A stretch of 31,188 nucleotides of DNA from positions 186,001 through 217,188 of the forward strand of contig CAXBME010000012.1 in the NCBI GenBank assembly GCA_963976765.1. The letters run 5' to 3'. A model generated the notes under the pieces. That model did no database searches. It saw only the letters and a list, made by a program, of their open reading frames with translations, and was not told the origin of the DNA. Positions within the stretch are counted from its first letter, which is position 1; every line of letters starts with the position of its first letter. A program made the translations under genes and the position numbers. The DNA is from an uncultured Planctomycetaceae bacterium (GTDB lineage: Bacteria > Planctomycetota > Planctomycetia > Planctomycetales > Planctomycetaceae). Of the stretch, positions 16,757 to 25,762 are shown piece after piece.

Positions 16757-18064
16757 TTATCGTCGCTTCCGCCTCTTGCTGGAATTCTTCACTTTAGATT
16801 CCTTCTTGCGGCTGGGCGATTTCCGATTCGACACTTTGCCGGCGCCCCCCTTCCCTTCTTTACCTGTCTTTCGCTCACCAGCTGAAGGCAATTCAGATTT
16901 ACCGATCGATTCAAAATTCACAGTGACCGGCCTGCGAACCGCGGCCTTATCGGCACCAGTGCTCTTAGGTTTAGATGGACGATGCTTCTTGCCGACAACC
17001 GCCGGGTGCGATGCGATGTTGGATGAATCGTTGTCGTCATCGTCGTCCACTGGTGAGCGCCCGGCACGTTTGCCGATCGGTGTCTTCAGCGTCCTTTTCC
17101 GGCCAGTCATGTCACGACCGCCGATCGTGCTTATCGGACCAATTTCGACGACTCGCCGCTGGGGAGCGTTCCGTGGAGCACGAACTTCGGCGGTAATTTT
17201 TTCAGGTCTGTCGTTTCTTTCCTTCCGTTTTGCAGCTTCTTCCGTCGACGCTTTTTCTGCGGCTTTGACTCGCGCTTCTCCATTTTCGATGTAGCTGCGC
17301 AGCAGTTTCATTTCTTCATGAGAAAGTTTCCGAAACCCGCCGACGGCTACGCCTCGCAACCGTAACGGACCGAAGGCGACCCGTTCCAGCTTCATCACCT
17401 TGTGGCCAACTCGAGAGAAAAGTCGGCGAATTTCGCGGTTTCGGCCCTCGCTGAGCGTCACTTCCAGAATCGTGCTCTTACCACGGCTTCCGATGGTCTT
17501 TGCATTGTCGACCTTGAATCGACCATCACTGAAGTACATGCCCTGCCGTAACTGCTGCATGATTTCACGAGTCGGTCGACCGGCAACCTGGACCTCGTAG
17601 ATTTTGGGAACCTTAAACCGCGGATGCGCGAGCTGATGGCCAAGATCGCCGTCATTCGTGACGAGCAGTAAGCCGACCGAGTTCTCATCCAGCCGACCAA
17701 TCGGAAACAGACGACCGGCACTGGCCGGGAAAAGGTCGATCACTCGCGCACGTCCTGACGGATCGCTGTTTGTACAGAGCATTCCCTTCGGCTTGTTTAC
17801 CATGTAGCAGACGGTCCGGTCTGGCCGAATCGATTCTCCATCGACCTCGACCCTTTGCGTCACCGGATTTACCCTGGCTCCAAGTTCGGTGACAGTCTGA
17901 CCGTCAACGGTAACTCGACCGGTGGTGATAAAATCCTCGCACGCTCGACGCGACCCCAGGCCGCATCGAGCCAGTAGAACCTGCAAACGTACTTGTTCGG
18001 AGGGAGTCTTGTTTTTGCCGGCAGTAGCCATTGGAGCAAAGCTTTTATCGAGTAGTTCAGACAC
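16757..18064 (-). CDS. rluB: rRNA pseudouridine synthase, RsuA/RluB family with S4 domain and long basic C-terminal tail
   Basis: S4 domain RLQVLLARCGLGSRRACE...GRVTVDG, NKPKG, catalytic GRLD, GLLLVTNDG and EGRNREIRR. The exact orthologue within the family is uncertain. Confidence 0.8.
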   Translation of the reverse strand: MSELLDKSFAPMATAGKNKTPSEQVRLQVLLARCGLGSRRACEDFITTGRVTVDGQTVTELGARVNPVTQRVEVDGESIRPDRTVCYMVNKPKGMLCTNSDPSGRARVIDLFPASAGRLFPIGRLDENSVGLLLVTNDGDLGHQLAHPRFKVPKIYEVQVAGRPTREIMQQLRQGMYFSDGRFKVDNAKTIGSRGKSTILEVTLSEGRNREIRRLFSRVGHKVMKLERVAFGPLRLRGVAVGGFRKLSHEEMKLLRSYIENGEARVKAAEKASTEEAAKRKERNDRPEKITAEVRAPRNAPQRRVVEIGPISTIGGRDMTGRKRTLKTPIGKRAGRSPVDDDDDNDSSNIASHPAVVGKKHRPSKPKSTGADKAAVRRPVTVNFESIGKSELPSAGERKTGKEGKGGAGKVSNRKSPSRKKESKVKNSSKRRKRR

Positions 18065-18176
18065 AACGTCCGACCGAAGATGGCAGACGAGGCGGGAGTA
18101 TACGAGTCGAGGCTCAGCATTGGAATCGGCTGTGCCACCCTCGATATCAAATCCCGCCGTTGTTCCAAACCGCTTT

Positions 18177-18998
18177 TCAGCGTCTGGAAGCAGCTTTCTC
18201 CGGCTCTGCCAGCGCTTCGTAATAGCGGCGGATCAAGCTTTCGTATTTCGGCAGAAGCTTCTCACTGCCAACATTCAGCAACCGTTCCCTCATCGCTGGC
18301 GGCAGGTGTCCCCAGACTTCGTCGATCAACGCACGACGTCTGGCCAGTGCGGCAGATCGTTCCTGAGCCTGCCGCAAATTCTGTTCGCTCGACTCACCAG
18401 ATTTCCCGTTCTGCGGTTGCGGAGCAGTCCCGGCTGTCGAATCCGCTCCGTGCTGATTCCGGGAACCCTGTTGCTGCCCTTGTTTCGGATCTGACTTCTG
18501 TCCTTGTGAAGTCGAGTCAGAATCCGACTGGTCCTTGTCTGAATTTGGCGACGAATTCGACGATGATGGCGGAGGCAGCTTTCTCAGCTTCTCGATAAGA
18601 GCATCAATGTTTGAAACGATCCCTGTCTGGAGTTCTGCGGTATCGTTCGACAGATTTTGTTCATCCAGCCGCCGACTGACTTCGCGCATGGAAGCGACGG
18701 CTTCGTCGAGTTCATCAGCAAACGGCATTTGGCTCTGTGGCGCAGCAGCTGCCTTGTCTTTGTTGACGGCTTTGTCGACCGATTCGTCACTGGTTAACTT
18801 CGGCTCTAACGGCAGCTCAGGGAGCAGGTCACGGAGCAACTGCCTATCGAGATCCCCCGATGCTGGCTGGCTGGACGGCTTCGATGGCGGAGATTCCTCT
18901 GCGGTTACACCTGCAGACAATGAGGCGGCCAGGACCGCCAGGGCGAGCCTCAGGATCTTCCGTCGAAATTCCCCGCAACGTTGTCTGAAACAAATCAT
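18177..18998 (-). CDS. Hypothetical exported protein (signal peptide, helical region, Ser/Gln-rich linker, C-terminal motif)
   Basis: Signal-like LRLALAVLAASLSAGVTA and C-terminal WGHLPPAMRERLL...LPKYESLIRRYYEALAE; 34 bp downstream of the co-directional DUF4175-like gene. Confidence 0.78.
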   Translation of the reverse strand: MICFRQRCGEFRRKILRLALAVLAASLSAGVTAEESPPSKPSSQPASGDLDRQLLRDLLPELPLEPKLTSDESVDKAVNKDKAAAAPQSQMPFADELDEAVASMREVSRRLDEQNLSNDTAELQTGIVSNIDALIEKLRKLPPPSSSNSSPNSDKDQSDSDSTSQGQKSDPKQGQQQGSRNQHGADSTAGTAPQPQNGKSGESSEQNLRQAQERSAALARRRALIDEVWGHLPPAMRERLLNVGSEKLLPKYESLIRRYYEALAEPEKAASRR

Positions 18999-19032
18999 GG
19001 CGCGTCACACTCCAGAAATGGACACTCGACTT

Positions 19033-22000
19033 TCAGTCTTCTTCCAACAGAACTCCAGGATCGCTGACCGGAGCTTCCTTAGCCGGTTCCGGATCCCCGA
19101 AAGCTGAAGTCATCTCTCGGACCAGGTCAGCGATCTGTTCCTGCTCCTCAGAGATCGATTGCAGTTCTGCTCGATCTGATTCCGTTAATTCCTCGTTTGA
19201 AGCCGCTCGGCTCCGAACATTGCCATACCTCTCCGCCAGATCGACCTGCAAACTTCGAATCACTTTCAACTGAGCGATCAACGTGACGATGTCCCCCTCC
19301 GGGCCAGACTGCTGCTTGTTCCCCTGGTTCTCACCTGGAGACTGCCCTTCCTCACCATTCCGGGCATCATCGTCGGCGAGCGCTTTCAGCAACTCTTCAA
19401 ATCGCCGCACCACGAGCTGTTGAACAGCCACCGTCCCGACAGACGTATCGCGCTTATCCAGCCGCTCAATCGTTCGCTGCATGTACCGCATCGCTCCGCG
19501 AAGACTCAGTGCGACGATTTCGATGGAACCGACATTCTCAGCGGCGACGTTGGTTTCATCCAACAGGTTCTGCTGAGTGTCAGTCAGATTTCGGAGCGAC
19601 TTCAGACGCGTCCTCGACCATTTTCCAGTCGCGTCAAACTCAAGCTGCAACCGCTGCGTTTCACTAATTGTCGCCTGTTGCCGAGTGAGTAAAGACTGCA
19701 GCTGGTCGGCGAGTTTCTCAAGCTGCTCTCTAGCCAGTTGCTCTTCGACCTGTTTCTGATCAGCGGCCAGTTCACGTTCGGCCTGTTCGAGATCGTCGAG
19801 CGTTTCCTCAATCTTTTTCAGAGCGTCGGACGCGTCATCGTTCGACAGGCTTGATTCGGCATTCTTCATTTGTTCGGCAGCTCGACCGGTAGCTGCCGAT
19901 GCCGAACTTTGCAGGCGTTGCAGCCGCCTCAGAGTTTCCTCAAGTGTTTCCCGCAGTTTCTGCTGTTCTCGTCGAAGCTGTTCGAGTTGCTGTTCACGCT
20001 CGGTCTGATCTTTGATGCTGGCGGCAGTTTCGACCTTTTTCTCCAGCGTCTCCTGCTGGCTTCGCGCTGCGGCCAGATCATGTCGACCCTCTTCGAGCTT
20101 CTTCGCGAGCGTTTCCGTGTCCGTGACTTCGCGCTGGTCGAGTTCGTTCTGAATCTTCCGCATCGTCTCAAGAATCTTCTGCTGAGCACTGACTGCATCG
20201 CCGACTCGGTTTCGCTGGAGATCGTTGGCCGCCTGTCGCATTTCTCCGCTGATCCCCGACTGCTCGATCGTCTCCAACGATTTCTCAAATGCTTCTGCAA
20301 CGTCCGGTTGAGTCTTCGCCGCGCCCTCAATCGCTTCCTTCAGTTGCTCACGAAAAGCGTCAACATTCTCAGCGACCTGCTGCTGCCGTGCGGAAAGTTT
20401 TGCCAGATCAGCTCGTTCCTGATCAGTCAGTTCCGCCTGCGAACGCGTCAGGGTTTTCTGACCGACCTCAGCTGTCGACTGAGCAAGTTCCTGCTGATCG
20501 CTGGTGAGCCCCCGCAGGTCGGCGTTCAGATTTCGCTCGTTCCGCCACTGAGAAAGATCGCTTAACAAATCTCTCAGGCTGCGAATCGCTTCTTTCTGTT
20601 CATTGCTGACGGAAGCCAGCGCATCTTCGAGCTGGTTCCTGCGCCGACTGTCGAGCTGCTTTTCGGAGCCGCTCAATTTCTGAGCTTCAGTCAGCTTCCG
20701 CTCAATCGTTGGAAAGACGTCGGCCCTGAAGAACTCCAGCTCGCCAGCCAGCGAACCAAGTAGCGTTTCCGAGGCAGCATCATCAACGGAGTTATCTGAT
20801 CGTTCCTGTGCAATTTTCCTTACTTCGTTCTGCAGGCTGCTGCTTCCCCCCGTCAGGCGAGATTCAACCTGTCGCTGATCCAGCTCGACACGTTTCAGCA
20901 CGTCTCGATCGTCGGGACGAAGTTCACCAGTTTCTTCGAGCTGCAGCTTTAACTCATTCGTATTCTGATGAGCCGACTCCAGCGCTGTCGTTGCCCGTTC
21001 GAGATCCAGCAGCAACGCCGCCTGCCGATCTGTCAGCTCTGCACGCTTTTCATCCTCACTGACGATGATCAACGTGCGAGGATTGCTCGTTCCGAAATGC
21101 ACTCCGCCGAGGTCGTACCAGTCCGAAGCCGCTGCGTGCACGACGATCTGAGTGCCAGGCAACCACGCAAACGGTCCAAGATCCCAGACCAGTTCCGGCC
21201 GGATCTGCTCCGGTCGATCTGCTGAATCGAACAGCGGCAAGCGGCCAGGTTCGGCGGCATTCGCTCTGCCCAGTGGGCCCTCATCTCGCGATGCCTCACC
21301 ATCAGTATTCCTGAGTAAACCGCCTTCGTTGCTCTGCTTCGGAGCCACGATGACTCCATCGACGAATTCCAGCTGTCGACCACTTTGCGCCGAAGGTTTG
21401 TATGTCAGCCAGGCCGAGCGAATTCCCAGGTCGTCCCGCGCCAGCACTCGGAACGGAATCTTCGCGACGGCGGTGACCAGCATGTCCGTTTGCGGTTCTT
21501 CGATCGTGACATCCGGTACGTTGTCAACGGCGACCCGCAGGTCATACCGCGTCGCGTCCGGATTCTCGAAACCCTGCCGATCCTTCAGAACCAGCCACCA
21601 CGAACCGTTCATCGGATTGCTCAAGTGAAACTCGCCGGAAACTTCCAGCCCGTCCTGCGAGACTGCCAGCCGTTCTGGAGATTCATCTTTGCGATGCAGC
21701 GTTGCGGACTCCAGTGGCTTGTTAACGCGAGCCGTCACAGCGACTCTGGTCCCGACGATTCCTTCGACATGCCCAACCCCTTCGGGCAAGTTTTGAGGTG
21801 TTCGTCCGGTGTAAACTGGCGGTTCCACGAAAACTCGCAGGTTTTCGATTCTTGGGGGAGGGACGACATCCACCTGCAACGGCACGGTTTCTCCATCGCC
21901 GCCTCGCGCCCAGAAGAACAGCGGCCCGGTGGTGACGTGGAGGCTGGCGCCGCCAATCTCGCGAGCGGCGCCGTCGCTGTCCCAAAGCGTTGTCTGTCGC

Positions 22001-22752
22001 ATCGGTTCCCGCAGAACTTTCCCGCTGGCTCGCCGGTGGACGAAAGTCAAATCTGCCGGTAACGCTCCCCGCTGATTTTCGACAAATAGCTCCAGCGTCT
22101 CGCCCTGCACGACGGTCAACCCGCCATGCAGACTTGCCGTCAGCGGTCGCAGATCCTGATCGACAAATCGAAGCTCGACATCCCGCGGCCAGGGAGTCGA
22201 CGAAAACGGAAACAGAAGTCGATTCATCGCCGTTGCCGCGTCGGCCTGATTGAAGCCCACGACAGCCGCCACCAGGACGCACGTCGCAACCGCCCAGGTA
22301 GCCACTCGCTGAACCGGCCGCGTTTCGATCAGACCATCGACGCTGACCTGATCAAGCCGCCGCAACGTCTGAGCAATCACCTGTTGCTGAAGTTTCGGCG
22401 AACCGATCAATTCGTCCTGGTTGGACTCCAGAAACTGGACGGTGCTCGACAGGCTGTCCAGAAATGTCGGATTCTGCTTTTCGATTCGCGACGCCAGCTC
22501 GACGTTTGAAAAATCGGTCGTCAGCGGAATCCACAGAAACCGCCAGCCCACCCAGCCGGATGCCGCAAGAATTCCAAGGCCCAGCAACACGCGAGTGCCG
22601 GCCTCATCCAGGTGCCAGAGCCAGTCGAGACTACCCGCGAGCAACGTGGTCAGAAACAGAGTCACGATCAGACAGCAGAACCCGTAAACCCACAGCACGT
22701 ACCGAACGCGTTGTCGCAGCTCTCGCAAACGATCAAACAATTGTTCGGGCAT
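19033..22752 (-). CDS. Large membrane-anchored coiled-coil protein, DUF4175-like
   Basis: Three N-terminal TMs with LASRIE...LSSTVQF, Ig-like beta domains (PPVYTGR, DNVPDVTIEEP, ARDDLGI), then about 600 aa of Q/E/L heptad helices. ATG 22752 has a GAGGA RBS; the ORF is open to 22839. Confidence 0.8.
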   Translation of the reverse strand: MPEQLFDRLRELRQRVRYVLWVYGFCCLIVTLFLTTLLAGSLDWLWHLDEAGTRVLLGLGILAASGWVGWRFLWIPLTTDFSNVELASRIEKQNPTFLDSLSSTVQFLESNQDELIGSPKLQQQVIAQTLRRLDQVSVDGLIETRPVQRVATWAVATCVLVAAVVGFNQADAATAMNRLLFPFSSTPWPRDVELRFVDQDLRPLTASLHGGLTVVQGETLELFVENQRGALPADLTFVHRRASGKVLREPMRQTTLWDSDGAAREIGGASLHVTTGPLFFWARGGDGETVPLQVDVVPPPRIENLRVFVEPPVYTGRTPQNLPEGVGHVEGIVGTRVAVTARVNKPLESATLHRKDESPERLAVSQDGLEVSGEFHLSNPMNGSWWLVLKDRQGFENPDATRYDLRVAVDNVPDVTIEEPQTDMLVTAVAKIPFRVLARDDLGIRSAWLTYKPSAQSGRQLEFVDGVIVAPKQSNEGGLLRNTDGEASRDEGPLGRANAAEPGRLPLFDSADRPEQIRPELVWDLGPFAWLPGTQIVVHAAASDWYDLGGVHFGTSNPRTLIIVSEDEKRAELTDRQAALLLDLERATTALESAHQNTNELKLQLEETGELRPDDRDVLKRVELDQRQVESRLTGGSSSLQNEVRKIAQERSDNSVDDAASETLLGSLAGELEFFRADVFPTIERKLTEAQKLSGSEKQLDSRRRNQLEDALASVSNEQKEAIRSLRDLLSDLSQWRNERNLNADLRGLTSDQQELAQSTAEVGQKTLTRSQAELTDQERADLAKLSARQQQVAENVDAFREQLKEAIEGAAKTQPDVAEAFEKSLETIEQSGISGEMRQAANDLQRNRVGDAVSAQQKILETMRKIQNELDQREVTDTETLAKKLEEGRHDLAAARSQQETLEKKVETAASIKDQTEREQQLEQLRREQQKLRETLEETLRRLQRLQSSASAATGRAAEQMKNAESSLSNDDASDALKKIEETLDDLEQAERELAADQKQVEEQLAREQLEKLADQLQSLLTRQQATISETQRLQLEFDATGKWSRTRLKSLRNLTDTQQNLLDETNVAAENVGSIEIVALSLRGAMRYMQRTIERLDKRDTSVGTVAVQQLVVRRFEELLKALADDDARNGEEGQSPGENQGNKQQSGPEGDIVTLIAQLKVIRSLQVDLAERYGNVRSRAASNEELTESDRAELQSISEEQEQIADLVREMTSAFGDPEPAKEAPVSDPGVLLEED

Positions 22753-23143
22753 TGACAGATTCCTCGCTGTTTTCACGATTAGAAAGCGAAACAGCCGCTC
22801 AAGATACCCGCACCGCTGACGCAGTGGAATCCCCGTCAACGAACTTAGAAGCAGCGGCCGGAGCCTGCAATTCAGAACTGGCCATCGATTTCACTGCTGT
22901 TCTCCCCTCTCCGAACCGCCGACAGTTCGACGGGCGATTGAGTCGACCACGATTACGTTCCCGGTTCCACTGTGTATTCTGAACCGCAGAAACGCGAGCT
23001 TTCCTGAGGCTTCTGTTGGTATCCTGTCGACTCTCTGTCGGACGAGATATTTTGCGGAACGGATCAATTTCAGAATCGAAGCGTTAACCGAAGCATTCCG
23101 CGAAAAACTGAAGTGCAGAATCAACGACGTTGTGGGACGCCGC

Positions 23144-25753
23144 ATGAATCACTCAAGACTCACAATCATTGTTCTACCGTACCTGCTGGCCGCATCCTCA
23201 ATCTGCACGGCCGCAACACCTCAATCGCGGGAAGTTTACCTGCAGACAGTTCAACCGTTTCTTAAAACTCATTGCTACCAGTGTCACGATGCCCGCAAAG
23301 CTCAGGCTGGATTGCGGCTGGATCAACTCGGCTCCGATTTCCTGGCCGACAGGAACGCTGATGTGTGGAAGGAGGTAATGGACAGGATCAACCTCGGGGA
23401 GATGCCGCCGAAAGAAGAACGGCAGCCACAACCGGTCGAATTCGAGCCAGTCATTGGATGGATCAATGCGAGCCTCCGCGAAGTTGAACTCGCCGCAACG
23501 AACGCCGGTGGGCGCATCCCGATGCGACGGTTGAACCGTGTGGAGTATGCAAACAGCGTTCGCGACCTGCTTCACATGGATCCACAGGTGCTCGCTCCGC
23601 TTGTCGAGGATCTACCAGGCGATGGAAAAGCGGAGGGTTACGATCGACTCGGTGTCGCGCTCTTTTTCGATCAAACTCAAATCGAGCGAACGCTCGCTGC
23701 AGCGGAACGCATCGCTGAGCGGGCCATCGTCGATGCCGAGCCGCAACAGGGTTTGCAGCGTTACAAGTTCGAAGAGAACCCACGCGTGTCAAAATTCCGG
23801 ACCAGGGCGAAAAGCCGGTTCGCCGATACTCTGGTCGAAGTCGGGCCGTCCGGCTTTGAGTTCATCAATGGCGGCGTGCGTTTTGTTCATGGCTACGGTA
23901 ACCGACCAAGGGGAAACCCCTGGGGGCGGCTGGGCGGAACCACTTTTGACGAGGTCATTACCCAGGATGGCTACTACCGGATCCGAATCTTCGCCGGTGC
24001 GAGTCGCGGTTCGCGTGACGAGCCGATCAGCGTGCAGGCACTTTATGCGGCAAGCACCCCCGTCGAACTGGCCACGGAGATCCCCATTGATGCTCCGCTC
24101 GATGCCCCGAAGGTCCATGAAACTGTTGTGTTTCTGCGCAGTGGCCCCGACGGCATTAGACGCGGTGTGAACTTTTCCTTTAACGACATCACGGACCTGA
24201 TTGTCTCGACGCCGGAGAACAACCAGCTTGATCGTGCTGTTCGCGACGCGCGCGATGCTCTTCGACAGGCCAACACACAGGACGGTTCCAAAGCGGAGAT
24301 CGCGGCTGCCACCAGGACACTGGAAGACGTTCAGGCACGGGCAGCTCAATGGAAAGGTCCGCTGCGACATTATAATCCAAAGCGAGACTACGAAGACCCG
24401 CCGACCATCTTTGTCGATTGGGTGGAGGTGAGTGGTCCCGTCCTGCCCGAGTGGCCGCCGCAGAGTCACAAGTCTGTCCTGTTCGATGACGATGAGCGAC
24501 AGGACGCCGCCTATATCCGGGAAGTCTTTGCTCGTTTTCTGCCTCGCGCGTACCGGCGCCCGGTGACGGACAGCGAGATCGATGGTGTTGTTACTTTTGT
24601 CGAACAGGCTCGCGACAAGGACGCTGGTTTTCACGACGCGATCCGAAGCGGACTCGCCCGAGTGTTGTGCTCGCCGGGATTCCTGTTCATTCAGGAACCG
24701 ACCGTCGATGCGCAACCACGAAAATTGACCGACGTCGAACTCGCATCCCGCCTCAGTTATTTCCTCTGGTCCAGTATGCCGGATGAGACGCTGTTCACTC
24801 TGGCCGACGCAGGACGACTGCACGAGCCGTCCGTATTGATGGCACAAGTGAATCGCATGCTGGACGATCCCAAAGCTGAAGCGTTCGTCCAGGAGTTTGC
24901 TGGTCAGTGGCTGGAAGTTCGCGAGTTCGGCAGTGTCATGCCGGCTTCGGAGTATCGCGACAATTACGACGCCGACCTTGAACAGTCATCACGATTGGAA
25001 GCCTACGCATTCTTTCGCGAAGTGCTGTCGCAGGATCTGCCGGTGACCAGTTTCCTCGACAGCAACTTTGTCATGATTAATGAGCGACTGGCCCGCCACT
25101 ATGGAATTGAGGGCGTTGAAGGTTCACACATCCGACGTGTCGACATCGAGCCGCAGCACCACCGGGGTGGCGTTCTGGGAATGGCGGGACTGATGACGTA
25201 CCTCTCCGATGGCACACGTACGCTGCCCGTGCGACGGGCGGCCTGGGTGAAAAGGCAATTGTTCGGCGATCCACCAGGCAATCCGCCACCTGACGCGGGC
25301 GAGATTCAACCCAACACCACGGGGAAGAATCTGACTGTCCAGCAGCGACTCGATCTGCATCGTCACGAGCCGACATGTGCCTCGTGCCACAGGACTCTCG
25401 ACCCGTTTGGGCTCGCGCTGGAAAACTATGATGCGATTGGCATGTGGCGTACGAAGGCCAATGGTGAAGGCTTTCGAAGCCGGAACGCCCCGGAGCTTGA
25501 CGTCAGCGGTATCTTCCCGAACGGTGAAACGTTTGAATCACTTGAGGACTACAAAGCTGGCCTGCTGAAGCGAAAAGATGAGTTCACACGAAACCTCGTG
25601 AAGCAGGTGTTGACCTATGCTCTGACGCGGCCAGTCGGCTATGCCGATCATCAAACCATCGACGCCATCACTGAGACGGTACGTCAAAATGAATATCGCC
25701 CGCGGATACTCATTAACGAAGTTGTCCGCAGCGAGCTCTTTCAGTCCAGATAA
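23144..25753 (+). CDS. DUF1592-family protein with planctomycete cytochrome c domains (PSCyt1, DUF1587, DUF1595, DUF1592, DUF1588, DUF1585)
   Basis: Signal peptide, CYQCH and GEMPP, RRLNRVEYANSVRDLL, RAYRRPV, ELASRLSYFLWSSMPD, FAGQWL, RGGVLG, CASCH...DPFGLALENYDAIG and TYALTR. Confidence 0.92.
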   Translation: MNHSRLTIIVLPYLLAASSICTAATPQSREVYLQTVQPFLKTHCYQCHDARKAQAGLRLDQLGSDFLADRNADVWKEVMDRINLGEMPPKEERQPQPVEFEPVIGWINASLREVELAATNAGGRIPMRRLNRVEYANSVRDLLHMDPQVLAPLVEDLPGDGKAEGYDRLGVALFFDQTQIERTLAAAERIAERAIVDAEPQQGLQRYKFEENPRVSKFRTRAKSRFADTLVEVGPSGFEFINGGVRFVHGYGNRPRGNPWGRLGGTTFDEVITQDGYYRIRIFAGASRGSRDEPISVQALYAASTPVELATEIPIDAPLDAPKVHETVVFLRSGPDGIRRGVNFSFNDITDLIVSTPENNQLDRAVRDARDALRQANTQDGSKAEIAAATRTLEDVQARAAQWKGPLRHYNPKRDYEDPPTIFVDWVEVSGPVLPEWPPQSHKSVLFDDDERQDAAYIREVFARFLPRAYRRPVTDSEIDGVVTFVEQARDKDAGFHDAIRSGLARVLCSPGFLFIQEPTVDAQPRKLTDVELASRLSYFLWSSMPDETLFTLADAGRLHEPSVLMAQVNRMLDDPKAEAFVQEFAGQWLEVREFGSVMPASEYRDNYDADLEQSSRLEAYAFFREVLSQDLPVTSFLDSNFVMINERLARHYGIEGVEGSHIRRVDIEPQHHRGGVLGMAGLMTYLSDGTRTLPVRRAAWVKRQLFGDPPGNPPPDAGEIQPNTTGKNLTVQQRLDLHRHEPTCASCHRTLDPFGLALENYDAIGMWRTKANGEGFRSRNAPELDVSGIFPNGETFESLEDYKAGLLKRKDEFTRNLVKQVLTYALTRPVGYADHQTIDAITETVRQNEYRPRILINEVVRSELFQSR

Positions 25754-25762
25754 GGAACTCTC

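Noticed and set aside
19033..22752. SMC/Rad50 ATPase or phage tape-measure protein
   Set aside because: No Walker motifs, N-terminal TMs plus Ig-like domains, and no phage genes nearby.
22753..23143. ncRNA or small gene in the divergent intergenic region
   Set aside because: Only imperfect inverted repeats (for example TTTTGCGGAA...TTCCGCGAAA) and an 84-aa ORF without motifs; consistent with ordinary divergent promoters.
23789..24847. 352-aa antisense ORF
   Set aside because: Shadow ORF opposite the well-supported DUF1592 gene; no motifs; expected at this GC content.
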